From the NCBI GenBank assembly GCA_033808535.1, contig JAPXNL010000001.1, positions 2,010 to 66,009 on the forward strand: a DNA stretch of 64,000 bases. The letters are read 5' to 3'. The notes under the pieces were generated by a model. It did not search any database, had not been told where the DNA came from, and was given only the letters and a program-made list of their open reading frames with translations. Each line of letters opens with the position of its first letter. The stretch's first letter is position 1. Below, one piece after another: positions 1 to 11,707 of this stretch. Source of the DNA: Clostridia bacterium. Lineage in GTDB: Bacteria; Bacillota; Clostridia; Oscillospirales; CAG-272. The position numbers were made by a program, and so were the translations under genes.

Positions 1-1448
1 TTGGGGTAAAGCGACAATACCGCGAACTTTGTCACAGGCAGCTCATACCCCGGAAAATCAAAGCCGTGCATTATCAGCGCCGATTCTGTGCGCAGAAAAC
101 TCTCCTCAGAATAAAGCGTCGCCGGTACGCCGTCGGCTTCGAGCAGCCTGAAAAGGTTCTGGGCGGTCGACTGCGTTTCGCACAGCAGCACAACTTTGTA
201 CCCGCCCGCAAGGTAGCCGCGCAGATCCTCGCGGAGCAGCTCGTAATTTTCGGCATACGACACCGTCTGACGTGACGATATGTTGAAAAGCCCGCCCAGC
301 CGCATCTCGCCGTAGCTGCCCAGAAACGTATCCGCGAACACCGCGGCGCGGCTGCCGAAGAAAATCTCAAATTCCGTGTAATATCTGCCGTATTCGGCAA
401 ACCGGGATGCGACCGCGCCGCTTTCCAGCATCCCGGTCAACGTTTGTTTTGCATGCCACTCATATGCCTTCACGCGCTCGGTGCATGCCTTCAACTCTAT
501 GACAAGCGCCGTCGGCGCGTCCGAAAAATAGTCAAGCAGGCACTCGCGCTGCGGGTATATGAGCGTTATATATTTGTCAATTGAGTTAAGCTCCGCGCCG
601 CTTTCCGCCGCATCCAGCTCCACGCCGAGCAGCTCCTGCGTGCGTTCGTCTGAGCAGCGCTTCTTTTGAGCGGCTATAACGTGGACTAGCTCCTCGCGCT
701 CTTTTGCGCCGATTAAGATCTCTCGCGCTGGCGGCAGCTCGACGTCGCTTATATTTTCAATCCGGCGCTGCGTCAGCAGGTCAAAGGCGCTTATGCGGTC
801 GATGTCGTCGCCGAAAAACTCCACACGCAAGGGATTGTCGGCCCGCGGCGGGTAAATGTCGACGATATCGCCGCGCACCGCATACTGACCCACACCGTCA
901 ACAAGCTCCACCCTCGCATATCCCGCCGCGGCAAGAAAACTCGTCAGCCTGTCGGGTTCGACCGGCGAGTCCATGCCGAACTTCAGCATCGAACGGGCCG
1001 CGACCTCGCGCGGCATCGTGTACTGCAGCGCCGCATCCGGCGTGGCGATAATGACATCGCACGAGCCGTCCAAAGCGGCGTAAAGCACAGATAGCCTCTC
1101 ATGCTCTGACTCATGGGAGGCTGTAATATTATGAAATATAAAGTCACGGAACGGGTATATAAGCGCTTTCAGTCCGCAGGCGTCGAGCAGATTGGAGCAT
1201 TTCAGCCCCTCTTTTTCGTCGGGCACGATGCACAGCAGCGGCCGCTTGTACTCTTTCGCCGTATGGCGGGCAAGCAGCGCCGCAAATGCGGCGCGCACGC
1301 CCTCGCTCATTCCCGTGATGCGCAAAGGATATGCGTTTCTGTTGCGGTTCTGCTCGGCAATAGCCGCTATTATCCCCGCATATTCGCGCTCCGCTTCGAC
1401 TGCGCCTGTCAGTATACCCGGCGCGCCTGAAAATTCAGATGTTTCCAT
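1..1448 (-). CDS. mfd: Transcription-repair coupling factor Mfd, N-terminal part (gene runs off the left edge)
   Basis: Absent from the ORF track, which lists no ORF lacking a stop inside the window. My minus-strand translation from the ATG at 1446-1448 is stop-free to position 1. It reads METSEFSGAPGILTG...RITGMSEGVRAAF...GDIVDIYPP...LRVEFFGDDIDRISAFD, the UvrB-like N-terminal module of Mfd. It lies directly downstream of pth, as in Bacillus and Clostridia. Confidence 0.85.
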   Translation of the reverse strand, partial: METSEFSGAPGILTGAVEAEREYAGIIAAIAEQNRNRNAYPLRITGMSEGVRAAFAALLARHTAKEYKRPLLCIVPDEKEGLKCSNLLDACGLKALIYPFRDFIFHNITASHESEHERLSVLYAALDGSCDVIIATPDAALQYTMPREVAARSMLKFGMDSPVEPDRLTSFLAAAGYARVELVDGVGQYAVRGDIVDIYPPRADNPLRVEFFGDDIDRISAFDLLTQRRIENISDVELPPAREILIGAKEREELVHVIAAQKKRCSDERTQELLGVELDAAESGAELNSIDKYITLIYPQRECLLDYFSDAPTALVIELKACTERVKAYEWHAKQTLTGMLESGAVASRFAEYGRYYTEFEIFFGSRAAVFADTFLGSYGEMRLGGLFNISSRQTVSYAENYELLREDLRGYLAGGYKVVLLCETQSTAQNLFRLLEADGVPATLYSEESFLRTESALIMHGFDFPGYELPVTKFAVLSLYP

Positions 1449-1452
1449 TATG

Positions 1453-2085
1453 TCAGTTATACTTACCCATGGCTTCGTCAATCTTTCCGTTTATAATCAG
1501 GCTGACGGCGTCGCGGACGTTTTCAACGCATTTCTGAAACTCCGGGCGCTCGGCTTCCGGAATTCTGCCCAGCACCCAGCTTACCATATCGCCGCCGGGC
1601 GGTGGCGAGCCGACACCCAGCCGCACGCGGGGGAAAATATCGGTGCCCAGATGTTTTATTATATCCCAGAGTCCTTTCTGTCCTCCGCTGCTGCCGGAGC
1701 TCCTGATGCGCATTTTGCCTGTCGGAAGGTTCACGTCGTCAGAGATAACAATTATCCGCTCAGGCGGGATTTTATAAAACTCCGCCGCCTTGCCCACAGC
1801 CTGTCCGGAAAGATTCATATAAGTCTGCGGCTTCATAAACAGCACGCGCTTGCCGGCAAACTTCACATCGGCGGTCAGCGCGTCGAATTTGGCACGCTTT
1901 ATGGAAAAGCCTTCGCGTGCCGCGATATTGTCCAGCGCCATAAAGCCTGCGTTGTGCCGCGTGGACGCATATTCGGGTCCGGGATTGCCCAAACCGCATA
2001 CTATAAACTCGACCGGTCCCGTCGGACGGGCTTTTTCCGCGTGTCCCGACTCGATTTTTCTGAATAAGTCAAATATATTTGCCAA
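1453..2085 (-). CDS. pth: Peptidyl-tRNA hydrolase
   Basis: 210-aa ORF with FIVCGLGNPGPEYASTRHNAGF near the N-terminus, typical Pth length, and pth-mfd synteny. Confidence 0.9.
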   Translation of the reverse strand: MANIFDLFRKIESGHAEKARPTGPVEFIVCGLGNPGPEYASTRHNAGFMALDNIAAREGFSIKRAKFDALTADVKFAGKRVLFMKPQTYMNLSGQAVGKAAEFYKIPPERIIVISDDVNLPTGKMRIRSSGSSGGQKGLWDIIKHLGTDIFPRVRLGVGSPPPGGDMVSWVLGRIPEAERPEFQKCVENVRDAVSLIINGKIDEAMGKYN

Positions 2086-2115
2086 AATAATATACCAAAC
2101 TAAATATAATTTCTT

Positions 2116-2922
2116 TTATTTCTTTTTAAGTCTCCAGCCGGGTTTGTTGACCTGCCGCGCGCGCGCGATGGCCAGCGCATCACCCGGTACGTCCTCTGTT
2201 ATCGTCGACCCGGCTGCCGTGTATGCACCGCATCCAACCTTCACGGGCGCGACAAGGTTTGTATTGCAGCCGATGAAGGCGTCGTCGCCTATCACGGTGC
2301 GGTGTTTCTGCTTGCCGTCATAGTTGACTGTAACCACGCCGCAACCGAAATTCACGCGCGAGCCCACGTCGCTGTCGCCAATGTAAGTGAGATGCGAAGC
2401 GTGTGTATCCTCTCCGACCGTGGAGTTTTTAACCTCCACAAAGTCGCCGATTTTCACGCCCCTGCACAGCCGGCTGTTCGGCCTGATGTGGCAGAACGGC
2501 CCGATTTTAACGTCGTCCTCCAGCACGGAGTCGTATATCTGCGTGGCGTTGACAATGCAGCGCGAGCCAATCGTGCTGCGCTCGATCACGCTGCAGGGAC
2601 CGATTATGCATCCCTCGCCTATCGTGACGCCCGACCGGATCTGTGTGTTCGGGTGTATGACCGTGCCTGCGCCTATTACCGCAAACGGCGAGATAACCAC
2701 GCCGTCGGTTGAAACAAACTCCACCCCGCGCTCGGCAAACGAGGCTAAAACCTCAAGTATATATTCCCTTGACGCCCGTAAAAAATCGGCCCGCGTCTTT
2801 AACTTTGCAAACGGGGCAAAGTTCAGTGCGTGCCTCTCGATCGGCTCAAAACACAGCTCTGCCGAAACATCGACGCCCGCGGCCGCAAGCGCAGCCCGGA
2901 CGGCTGTAGCTAAATCGTTCAA
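2116..2922 (-). CDS. GlmU-like left-handed beta-helix acetyltransferase; the N-terminal uridylyltransferase domain is missing
   Basis: 268-aa ORF with hexapeptide-repeat runs (IGAGTVIHPNTQIRSGVTIGEGCIIGP...) and the GlmU C-terminal signature NYDGKQKHRTVIGDDAFIGCNTNLVAPV. Only about 85 aa precede the helix, against about 230 in full GlmU. Confidence 0.7.
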   Translation of the reverse strand: MNDLATAVRAALAAAGVDVSAELCFEPIERHALNFAPFAKLKTRADFLRASREYILEVLASFAERGVEFVSTDGVVISPFAVIGAGTVIHPNTQIRSGVTIGEGCIIGPCSVIERSTIGSRCIVNATQIYDSVLEDDVKIGPFCHIRPNSRLCRGVKIGDFVEVKNSTVGEDTHASHLTYIGDSDVGSRVNFGCGVVTVNYDGKQKHRTVIGDDAFIGCNTNLVAPVKVGCGAYTAAGSTITEDVPGDALAIARARQVNKPGWRLKKK

Positions 2923-3216
2923 TATAGTTTTACCTGCCGTTTCAAGCTTTATATATTATAAATTTCCCTTTCATTCTGCTAATATTATACAATACCACGC
3001 CGGTCTTTGCAAGAACTTTTTATGTCGAATCACGACGGTGTTGACGCGCCTAAAGGTTATGAGCATAAAATAATTGCCTTATAATACAAATTGTTACTCA
3101 GAGTTATAATAATTTGTAAATTCTTCAAATTTATATAGTAATTTGCGCCGCTATATGATATAATACGCTTCGACAAACTAAATATAAATGATTTTTTCGG
3201 AGGAAGAAAACAACGC

Positions 3217-5844
<2,628 letters not shown>

Positions 5845-5866
5845 TTGGTAGCAAGTTAACCTGATA

Positions 5867-5917
5867 TAAAAAACTGAGGGTATTATCTCTTTTTCAAGAG
5901 GTAATACCCAGTTTTTT
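5867..5917. terminator. Bidirectional rho-independent terminator shared by ppdK and the ligase gene
   Basis: Imperfect hairpin ctgagggtattatctct / agaggtaatacccag, flanked by an A-run (5867-5873) and a T-run (5912-5917). Confidence 0.6.
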
Positions 5918-5922
5918 GTAAG

Positions 5923-6879
5923 TCATTTTTGTACTACACACTCATCCGGCGCCTTGTCAAATCTTATCCCCTTGAAAACAGGCTGCCTGAGCCCGCCGCT
6001 CGGAGTGCGTTCCATAAATTTTACGGTGCACACCAGATCAGGCTCTATCCAGACTGCATTTTCATAATCCGGAAACGTGCTGTAATATTCCGCTTTATCA
6101 ACTTTGCTTGCGCTTTGAATTTTTTTAAAATCTTCATTTGATACGCCAAGCACTACATGGCTTTGATAGCTTAAATCATTTCCTGTATATTGCCCTAAAA
6201 TAATGCTTGTGACATTGTCTGCCTTCTGATAGTAGCCGCATATCACAAAATCGTCGTCAAGCAGGGCTTTCATTTTTATCCAGTCATGAGTCCTCTTGCC
6301 GAAAAAATATTTGCTGTCTTTTCGCTTGGCTACAATCCCTTCAAGACCCTGTTCTTTTGTCAGATTGAAAAAATCGACCCCGCTTTTTTCGATGTAGCGC
6401 GACACGGAAAGAAAGCTGTCTTCTTTTACGACGTCGGAAAGTATTTGCTTTCTTTCCGTAAGCGGCAAATCCGTTATCGTTTTGTCTTCCAAATAAACAA
6501 TATCAAATGCCGTAAAACAGACTGGCAGCTTCTTTGACGCAAGCTCTATTTTAAACGGATTTGTCATAAGGCTGCGCCGCTGCATCTCAAAAAAATCCGG
6601 CTTACCGTTATTTAGAACATAAATCTCCCCGTCCAATATACACCGGCTTTTCACATGTTTGTTTATGTTTGACAGTTCAGGGTAAATACTGCTCACCCTT
6701 TTACCCCGTTTGTTTTGCAAAAATGTTTCGTTTGCATCCAGAAACGCAAAACACCTGACGCCGTCAAGCTTTAGCTCGTATAAAAAACTTTCATCGTCAA
6801 ACGGCGGCCGGTCTTCGGCTATCAGCATCGGGGTGATATCTTTGGTTTCAAATATATCCTGCGCCAATTTATCACGCAC
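5923..6879 (-). CDS. ligD: ATP-dependent DNA ligase (LigD ligase domain only)
   Basis: 318-aa ORF with adenylation motif I (ELKLDGVR) and OB-fold tail. Overlaps the Ku gene by 8 nt. No polymerase/primase or phosphoesterase domain. Confidence 0.8.
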   Translation of the reverse strand: MRDKLAQDIFETKDITPMLIAEDRPPFDDESFLYELKLDGVRCFAFLDANETFLQNKRGKRVSSIYPELSNINKHVKSRCILDGEIYVLNNGKPDFFEMQRRSLMTNPFKIELASKKLPVCFTAFDIVYLEDKTITDLPLTERKQILSDVVKEDSFLSVSRYIEKSGVDFFNLTKEQGLEGIVAKRKDSKYFFGKRTHDWIKMKALLDDDFVICGYYQKADNVTSIILGQYTGNDLSYQSHVVLGVSNEDFKKIQSASKVDKAEYYSTFPDYENAVWIEPDLVCTVKFMERTPSGGLRQPVFKGIRFDKAPDECVVQK

Positions 6880-7630
6880 CCTTGTTCAATGCGGCGAGGC
6901 TCTGTTTCAAAGCTTCCATCAGATCGACGACATTTCTGGGTTCCTCGGCAGGCGCGACTATTTCCTTTCCTTCAATTTTATCCTGTATAAGCTTTTTAAG
7001 CTTTTCCTGATACTCGTCCTTGTAGTTTTCAGGCTTAAACGGTTTATCCATGGATGAAATCAGCGTTTTCGCCATTTGAAGCTCGGCATCGTTTACCTCG
7101 GGTTTTTTATATCCCTGCGGCAGCATCTTTACCTCGTCTTCATAAAGCATTAGCTGAATCAAAACTCCCTCTTCCCTCGGTATAATGGCAAGCAAAGTTT
7201 CTTTTGAACCAAGCACTGTTTTTGCAATGGCGATTTTCTGTTCATCCATCAATGCCCGGCGCAGCAGTTCAAAGGCTTTTTCACCGCCGGATTCGGGGAC
7301 GGCGTGATATGTTTTATCAAAGTATACCGGGCTGATTTGATTGAGATTTGCAAAATGAAGTATTTGCATTGATTTTTCTTTTTCCGTCTTAATTTTCTCT
7401 ATCTCCTCGTCGGTCACCACAACATATTTGTCTTTGTCATACTCAAACCCCTTCACTATATCGCTTGCTGCAACCTCTTTTCCGCAATGCCCGCACACCT
7501 TTTTGTATCTGATACGCTCGTGGTCATCCTTATGAAGCTGATTAAAATGTATATCCGTATCCTGTGTTGCAGTATGAAGCGAGATCGGAATGTGAACAAG
7601 TCCGAATGAAATAGCACTTTTTACAGCCAT
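6872..7630 (-). CDS. ku: Ku protein (non-homologous end joining)
   Basis: Begins MAVKSAISFGLVHIPISLHTA, the typical bacterial Ku N-terminus, with an AGGAG RBS upstream of the ATG at 7628-7630. The longer track ORF (to 7882) adds 84 non-Ku residues and would overlap the divergent gene. Confidence 0.85.
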   Translation of the reverse strand: MAVKSAISFGLVHIPISLHTATQDTDIHFNQLHKDDHERIRYKKVCGHCGKEVAASDIVKGFEYDKDKYVVVTDEEIEKIKTEKEKSMQILHFANLNQISPVYFDKTYHAVPESGGEKAFELLRRALMDEQKIAIAKTVLGSKETLLAIIPREEGVLIQLMLYEDEVKMLPQGYKKPEVNDAELQMAKTLISSMDKPFKPENYKDEYQEKLKKLIQDKIEGKEIVAPAEEPRNVVDLMEALKQSLAALNKGA

Positions 7631-7808
7631 ATTTAAATCTCCTGCTTCAGAATTATATAAAATTATTGTCTGTAAAAAAGGGTATATTATTCTTCTGATG
7701 TTTAATTGCGGCTGCAAATCTATTTTACTTTCTTGTTGAGATTTGCTTTTTGTGTTATAATCAATTCTCAGTTTATTTTCTATAGCGAAATTCAGGAGGT
7801 TCTGTTCA

Positions 7809-9059
7809 ATGAAACTGAACATTATCGAAGTTCTTGACAGTCTGAACAAGGCGCAGAGTGTCATTTCACCAAAAATCGGCATGCATCAGCAGCAGGTGGC
7901 ATGTCTTGCATACAGGATAGCGGAAAAGCTCGGCTGGTCAGACGAAGCAAAAAACAGAGTTTTCATCGCCGGTTTGCTGCACGATATCGGCGCGCTCTCG
8001 ATAAAAGAAAAGCTGGACGCTTTTGAGGGAGACGGCGACGATGTCCATATTCATGCATACCGCGGCGCGTTTCTGGTTTCGGCATTTTATCCTCAGCCGG
8101 ATATCGCGCCCATTTTGTATTACCATCACTACCATTGGCAGGACGGCAAAGTGCTTTGCGGTAACCCCGACATGCCCATGGACAGCCAGCTCGTATATCT
8201 TGCCGACCGTGTTTGCACTATAATCGCCAATTCAGACGAATTCGTTCTATCGCAGATTCCGGATATAAAGCAATATGTAACTGCGAATACCGGTTCACAT
8301 TTCTGCCCGGAATACTCGGAGGCAGTCCTCGAGCTTACATCCGTCGAGAGCGTATGGCTCGACCTTATCTCAAGCGACCCGATCTCGCGTATTGACTACT
8401 CATACCATGCATATATCGACATTTCCATCGACCAGCTTGTTAATCTCGCCTGCGTTTACTCGTACCTTATAGACTTCAGAAGCCCGTTTGCGGCAACTCA
8501 TTCGTCCGGGGTGGCAAAAACCGCGGAAAAGCTGGCGGAGCTTATGCATTTTTCGCCCGGCGAATGCAAGAAAGTTCTTGTCGCAGGCTATTTGCACGAT
8601 ATAGGCAAGCTGACCGTCGACACATGCATCCTCGAAAAGCAGTCCGCGCTTGACCCAAACGAGTTCGATATCATAAAATCGCATACCTACTATACATATT
8701 ACCTGCTAAACGGCATATCGGGTCTGGAAGACATCACGACCTGGGCTGCGTACCATCACGAGAAGCTCAACGGAAAAGGCTATCCGTTCCATATAAAAGG
8801 CGACTGTATGAGCCTTTGCGCTCGCATTCTGGCTGTCTCGGATGTTTTCGCCGCTCTCAGAGAAAAGCGCCCGTATAAAGAGCCGTTTACAAAAGAAAAG
8901 ATACTTTCTATATTAAAAAGAATGGCTGATAGCGGTGCGATCGATTCCAATGTCGTTGGCGTGCTGACCGACAATTACCCTGTGCTTGAGGATGTATGCG
9001 TTCAGGCTGAGATAAGCGCGCGCCATGCGTATGACCGGCTCTACCAGATTCAGGGTTAA
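7809..9059 (+). CDS. Tandem HD / HD-GYP domain protein (putative c-di-GMP phosphodiesterase)
   Basis: The C-terminal half has HDIGKL...HHEKLNGKGYP (canonical HD-GYP). The N-terminal half has LLHDIGAL...YYHHYHWQDGK (HD retained, GYP lost). AGGAGG RBS. Confidence 0.75.
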   Translation: MKLNIIEVLDSLNKAQSVISPKIGMHQQQVACLAYRIAEKLGWSDEAKNRVFIAGLLHDIGALSIKEKLDAFEGDGDDVHIHAYRGAFLVSAFYPQPDIAPILYYHHYHWQDGKVLCGNPDMPMDSQLVYLADRVCTIIANSDEFVLSQIPDIKQYVTANTGSHFCPEYSEAVLELTSVESVWLDLISSDPISRIDYSYHAYIDISIDQLVNLACVYSYLIDFRSPFAATHSSGVAKTAEKLAELMHFSPGECKKVLVAGYLHDIGKLTVDTCILEKQSALDPNEFDIIKSHTYYTYYLLNGISGLEDITTWAAYHHEKLNGKGYPFHIKGDCMSLCARILAVSDVFAALREKRPYKEPFTKEKILSILKRMADSGAIDSNVVGVLTDNYPVLEDVCVQAEISARHAYDRLYQIQG

Positions 9060-9224
9060 TGATATTTACTAACGTCGCAGATTTATAGCCTGAAAATATT
9101 GTTTTATTTTTCCTGATTTTATGTTATAATAGTCATAATATAACTGCTAAAACTGCGACAATGCGGCGCGGCTGACGAGCCGGCAGCACATAATGCGGCA
9201 AAAAACACTTATTAAAAGGTAAAA

Positions 9225-10115
9225 ATGATAGAGTTTAAGAAGCTGACGCTTCAAGATATCGACGACATAAAACCGTATTTATCAAAGCCGTCGACAAGGT
9301 CCTGCGATAATACCGTGGGATGCACTTTGATGTGGCGGAATTTTTTCCACACTGAATACGCCATTATAAACGAAACGGCAATCTTCAAGGTAGACTATTT
9401 CAATTACCGCGGCGCCTTTTCCACCCCTATCGGCAGTGACGTGCCCGGCGCGCTGAAAGCTATCTGGGATTTTTGTGTCCGCCACAACATGAAAATGATC
9501 ATCTGCGCCGCTACTGGCAAAGATGTCTCCCTGATATCATCGCAATTCAAAGCCCGGGTCATCAAGGAGGACGGATGGTCGGACTACATTTACAGGGCAG
9601 TGGACCTGGCCTTTATGGCCGGAAGACGGTTCAGCGGGCAGCGCAACCACATGAACCGCTTCAAAAGGGAAAACCCCGGCTACGAGTTTAAAAAAATCGA
9701 CAATTCAACCATACCGGACGTCCGCAGTTTCTTTGAAGAGTATTGCAGGATGTATACAAAAGATTCGGATATGTACCGCGCTGAAGAAGATAATATTTTC
9801 GAAGTGCTGGACAATTATGATTTGTATGGCCAGTCGGGTGTTGCACTCTATGCCGGAGGACGTGTTGTCGCATTCGCAATTGGAGAGGTGCTGGGAGATA
9901 CGCTGTTTGTCCATATAGAAAAGGCAGACACCCGTGTCTCAGGCTCATATCAGATGATCGCAAGCGAATATGTGAAGATGAACCTCGACTGCGGGATAAA
10001 ATTTGTCAACAGAGAAGAAGACCTCGGCGACGAGGGGCTCAGAAACTCAAAACTGCAATATCACCCCTGCGGCATGGTCGACAAATATGCAGTTATAATC
10101 GATACTAAATACTAA
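9225..10115 (+). CDS. DUF2156-like protein (MprF C-terminal / GNAT-like fold)
   Basis: 296-aa ORF. The N-terminus FKKLTLQDIDDIKPYL...CDNTVGCTLMWRNFF resembles DUF2156 family openings. Assignment from memory only. Confidence 0.45.
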   Translation: MIEFKKLTLQDIDDIKPYLSKPSTRSCDNTVGCTLMWRNFFHTEYAIINETAIFKVDYFNYRGAFSTPIGSDVPGALKAIWDFCVRHNMKMIICAATGKDVSLISSQFKARVIKEDGWSDYIYRAVDLAFMAGRRFSGQRNHMNRFKRENPGYEFKKIDNSTIPDVRSFFEEYCRMYTKDSDMYRAEEDNIFEVLDNYDLYGQSGVALYAGGRVVAFAIGEVLGDTLFVHIEKADTRVSGSYQMIASEYVKMNLDCGIKFVNREEDLGDEGLRNSKLQYHPCGMVDKYAVIIDTKY

Positions 10116-10135
10116 TCTTTCGGGGAAATATTTAA

Positions 10136-10164
10136 TAAAAACGGGTTGACAAACCCGTTTTTTT
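10136..10164 (+). terminator. Rho-independent terminator after the DUF2156 gene
   Basis: AACGGGTT-gaca-AACCCGTT stem followed by T5. Confidence 0.8.
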
Positions 10165-10277
10165 CATATAAAATAATTGCATATATTTTTGATATGTTAA
10201 GTATGATTTATCTCGTGTCACCTGTAATAGCCATATCAAAATAACATTACGCGGTTTCCCGCAGGAGGTAAAGCACA

Positions 10278-11582
10278 TTGATCGATATCAGAGATTCTAA
10301 AAACTGGGGCTTTGAAACCCGGCAGGTCCATATCGGGCAGGAAAAAGCCGACCCGGCGACAGACGCTCGTGCAGTCCCGATCTACGCTTCGGCGGCATAT
10401 GTGTTCCACAGCGCACAGCACGCTGCTGACCGCTTCGGCTTGCGCGACGCCGGCAATATTTACAGCCGACTCACCAACCCTACTCAAAGCGTTTTCGAGG
10501 AGCGCATTGCAAACCTTGAGAACGGCGTGGCGGCGCTCGCAGTTGCATCGGGCGCTGCCGCCATCAGCTACACAATCTCCGCGCTTGCGCGCAGCGGGGA
10601 GCATATTGTCGCCGCCAAGAACATTTACGGCGGCACATACAATCTGTTTGCGCATACCCTGCCGCTTTCATCGGGAATTACCACGACTTTCGTGAATCCG
10701 TACGCCGACGGCGCGTTTGAAGCGGCTATAAAGGAAAACACCAAAGCTATCTTCGTCGAATCGCTCGGCAACCCCAACTCCGACCCTGCCGATATTGAGG
10801 AGCTTGCAAAACTCGCCCACAAATATTGTATCCCGCTGGTCGTGGACTCGACGTTTGCAACGCCGTACCTGTTGCGCCCCATTGACCACGGCGCTGATAT
10901 AGTCGTGCATTCGGCGACGAAGTTTATCGGCGGTCACGGCACGGCGATCGGCGGCGTTATCGTCGACAGCGGCAAGTTTGACTGGAAGGCATCGGGCAAA
11001 TACCCGTGGATATCCGATGCGAACCCCAGTTACCACGGCGTTTCGTTTGCCGACGCCGTAGGGCCTGCGGCGTTTGTCACCTATATCCGCGCAATACTTT
11101 TGCGCGACACAGGCGCGACACTCTCGCCCTTCCACTCTTTCTTGTTCCTGCAGGGGCTTGAAACTCTATCGCTGCGCGTGGAGCGCCATGTGGAAAACGC
11201 ACTGAAAATTGTGGATTATCTCGCCGGTCATCCGCAGGTCGAAGCCGTCCACCATCCGTCGCTTGAAAGCGAGCCGGGTCATAAGCTTTATAAAAAATAC
11301 TTCCCGCATGGCGGCGGCTCGATATTTACATTTGAAATTAAGGGCGACGCGGAGACCGCATGGAAGTTCATCGACAATCTTGCGATTTTCTCTCTGCTTG
11401 CAAACGTCGCCGACGTAAAATCGCTTGTAATCCATCCGGCGAGCACCACTCACTCGCAGCTCACCGCTGCTGAGCAATTAGAGCAGGGAATAAAGCCGAA
11501 TACCATTCGCCTGTCAGTCGGCATAGAAAAGGCAGAGGACCTTATCGCCGCGCTCGACGCCGCTTTTGATGCGGTAAAATAA
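10278..11582 (+). CDS. metY: O-acetylhomoserine sulfhydrylase (PLP-dependent)
   Basis: 434-aa ORF with TRQVHIGQEKADPATDARAVPIY...HSATKFIGGHG (PLP lysine). TTG start 8 nt after GGAGGT. Confidence 0.9.
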   Translation: MIDIRDSKNWGFETRQVHIGQEKADPATDARAVPIYASAAYVFHSAQHAADRFGLRDAGNIYSRLTNPTQSVFEERIANLENGVAALAVASGAAAISYTISALARSGEHIVAAKNIYGGTYNLFAHTLPLSSGITTTFVNPYADGAFEAAIKENTKAIFVESLGNPNSDPADIEELAKLAHKYCIPLVVDSTFATPYLLRPIDHGADIVVHSATKFIGGHGTAIGGVIVDSGKFDWKASGKYPWISDANPSYHGVSFADAVGPAAFVTYIRAILLRDTGATLSPFHSFLFLQGLETLSLRVERHVENALKIVDYLAGHPQVEAVHHPSLESEPGHKLYKKYFPHGGGSIFTFEIKGDAETAWKFIDNLAIFSLLANVADVKSLVIHPASTTHSQLTAAEQLEQGIKPNTIRLSVGIEKAEDLIAALDAAFDAVK

Positions 11583-11641
11583 ATATTTCGGCATACAAAA
11601 CGCCCGAATCGTCTATATGCGGTCGGGCGTTGCAACATATG

Positions 11642-11670
11642 TTGACAAAATTCGCCTTTGTTTGTATAAT
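11642..11670 (+). promoter_or_regulatory. Consensus sigma-A-type promoter for the repeat lipoprotein gene
   Basis: TTGACA (11642-11647), 17-nt spacer, TATAAT (11665-11670). Confidence 0.7.
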
Positions 11671-11707
11671 TTTATACAATGATGTAGAAAAAGGCAGCTG
11701 GTGAAAC

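Noticed and set aside
3085-3118. The inverted repeat TACAAATT-N18-AATTTGTA upstream of ppdK, considered as a possible operator.
   Set aside because: The arms are 8 bp in nearly pure A/T DNA, which is easily produced by chance. No second copy was seen in the window.
7631-7882. An 84-codon N-terminal extension of the Ku ORF in the track, overlapping the start of the divergent HD-GYP gene.
   Set aside because: Ku homologues begin at MAVKSAISFGLV... An AGGAG RBS precedes that ATG. The extension is AT-rich, non-Ku sequence that must hold the divergent promoters.
10165-10277. A possible S-box (SAM) riboswitch or T-box leader upstream of metY. The same was considered upstream of metA (47856-47959).
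   Set aside because: The leaders are short (about 110 and 100 nt). I could not find the conserved S-box core strings or a T-box sequence. Only ordinary promoter-like hexamers are present.
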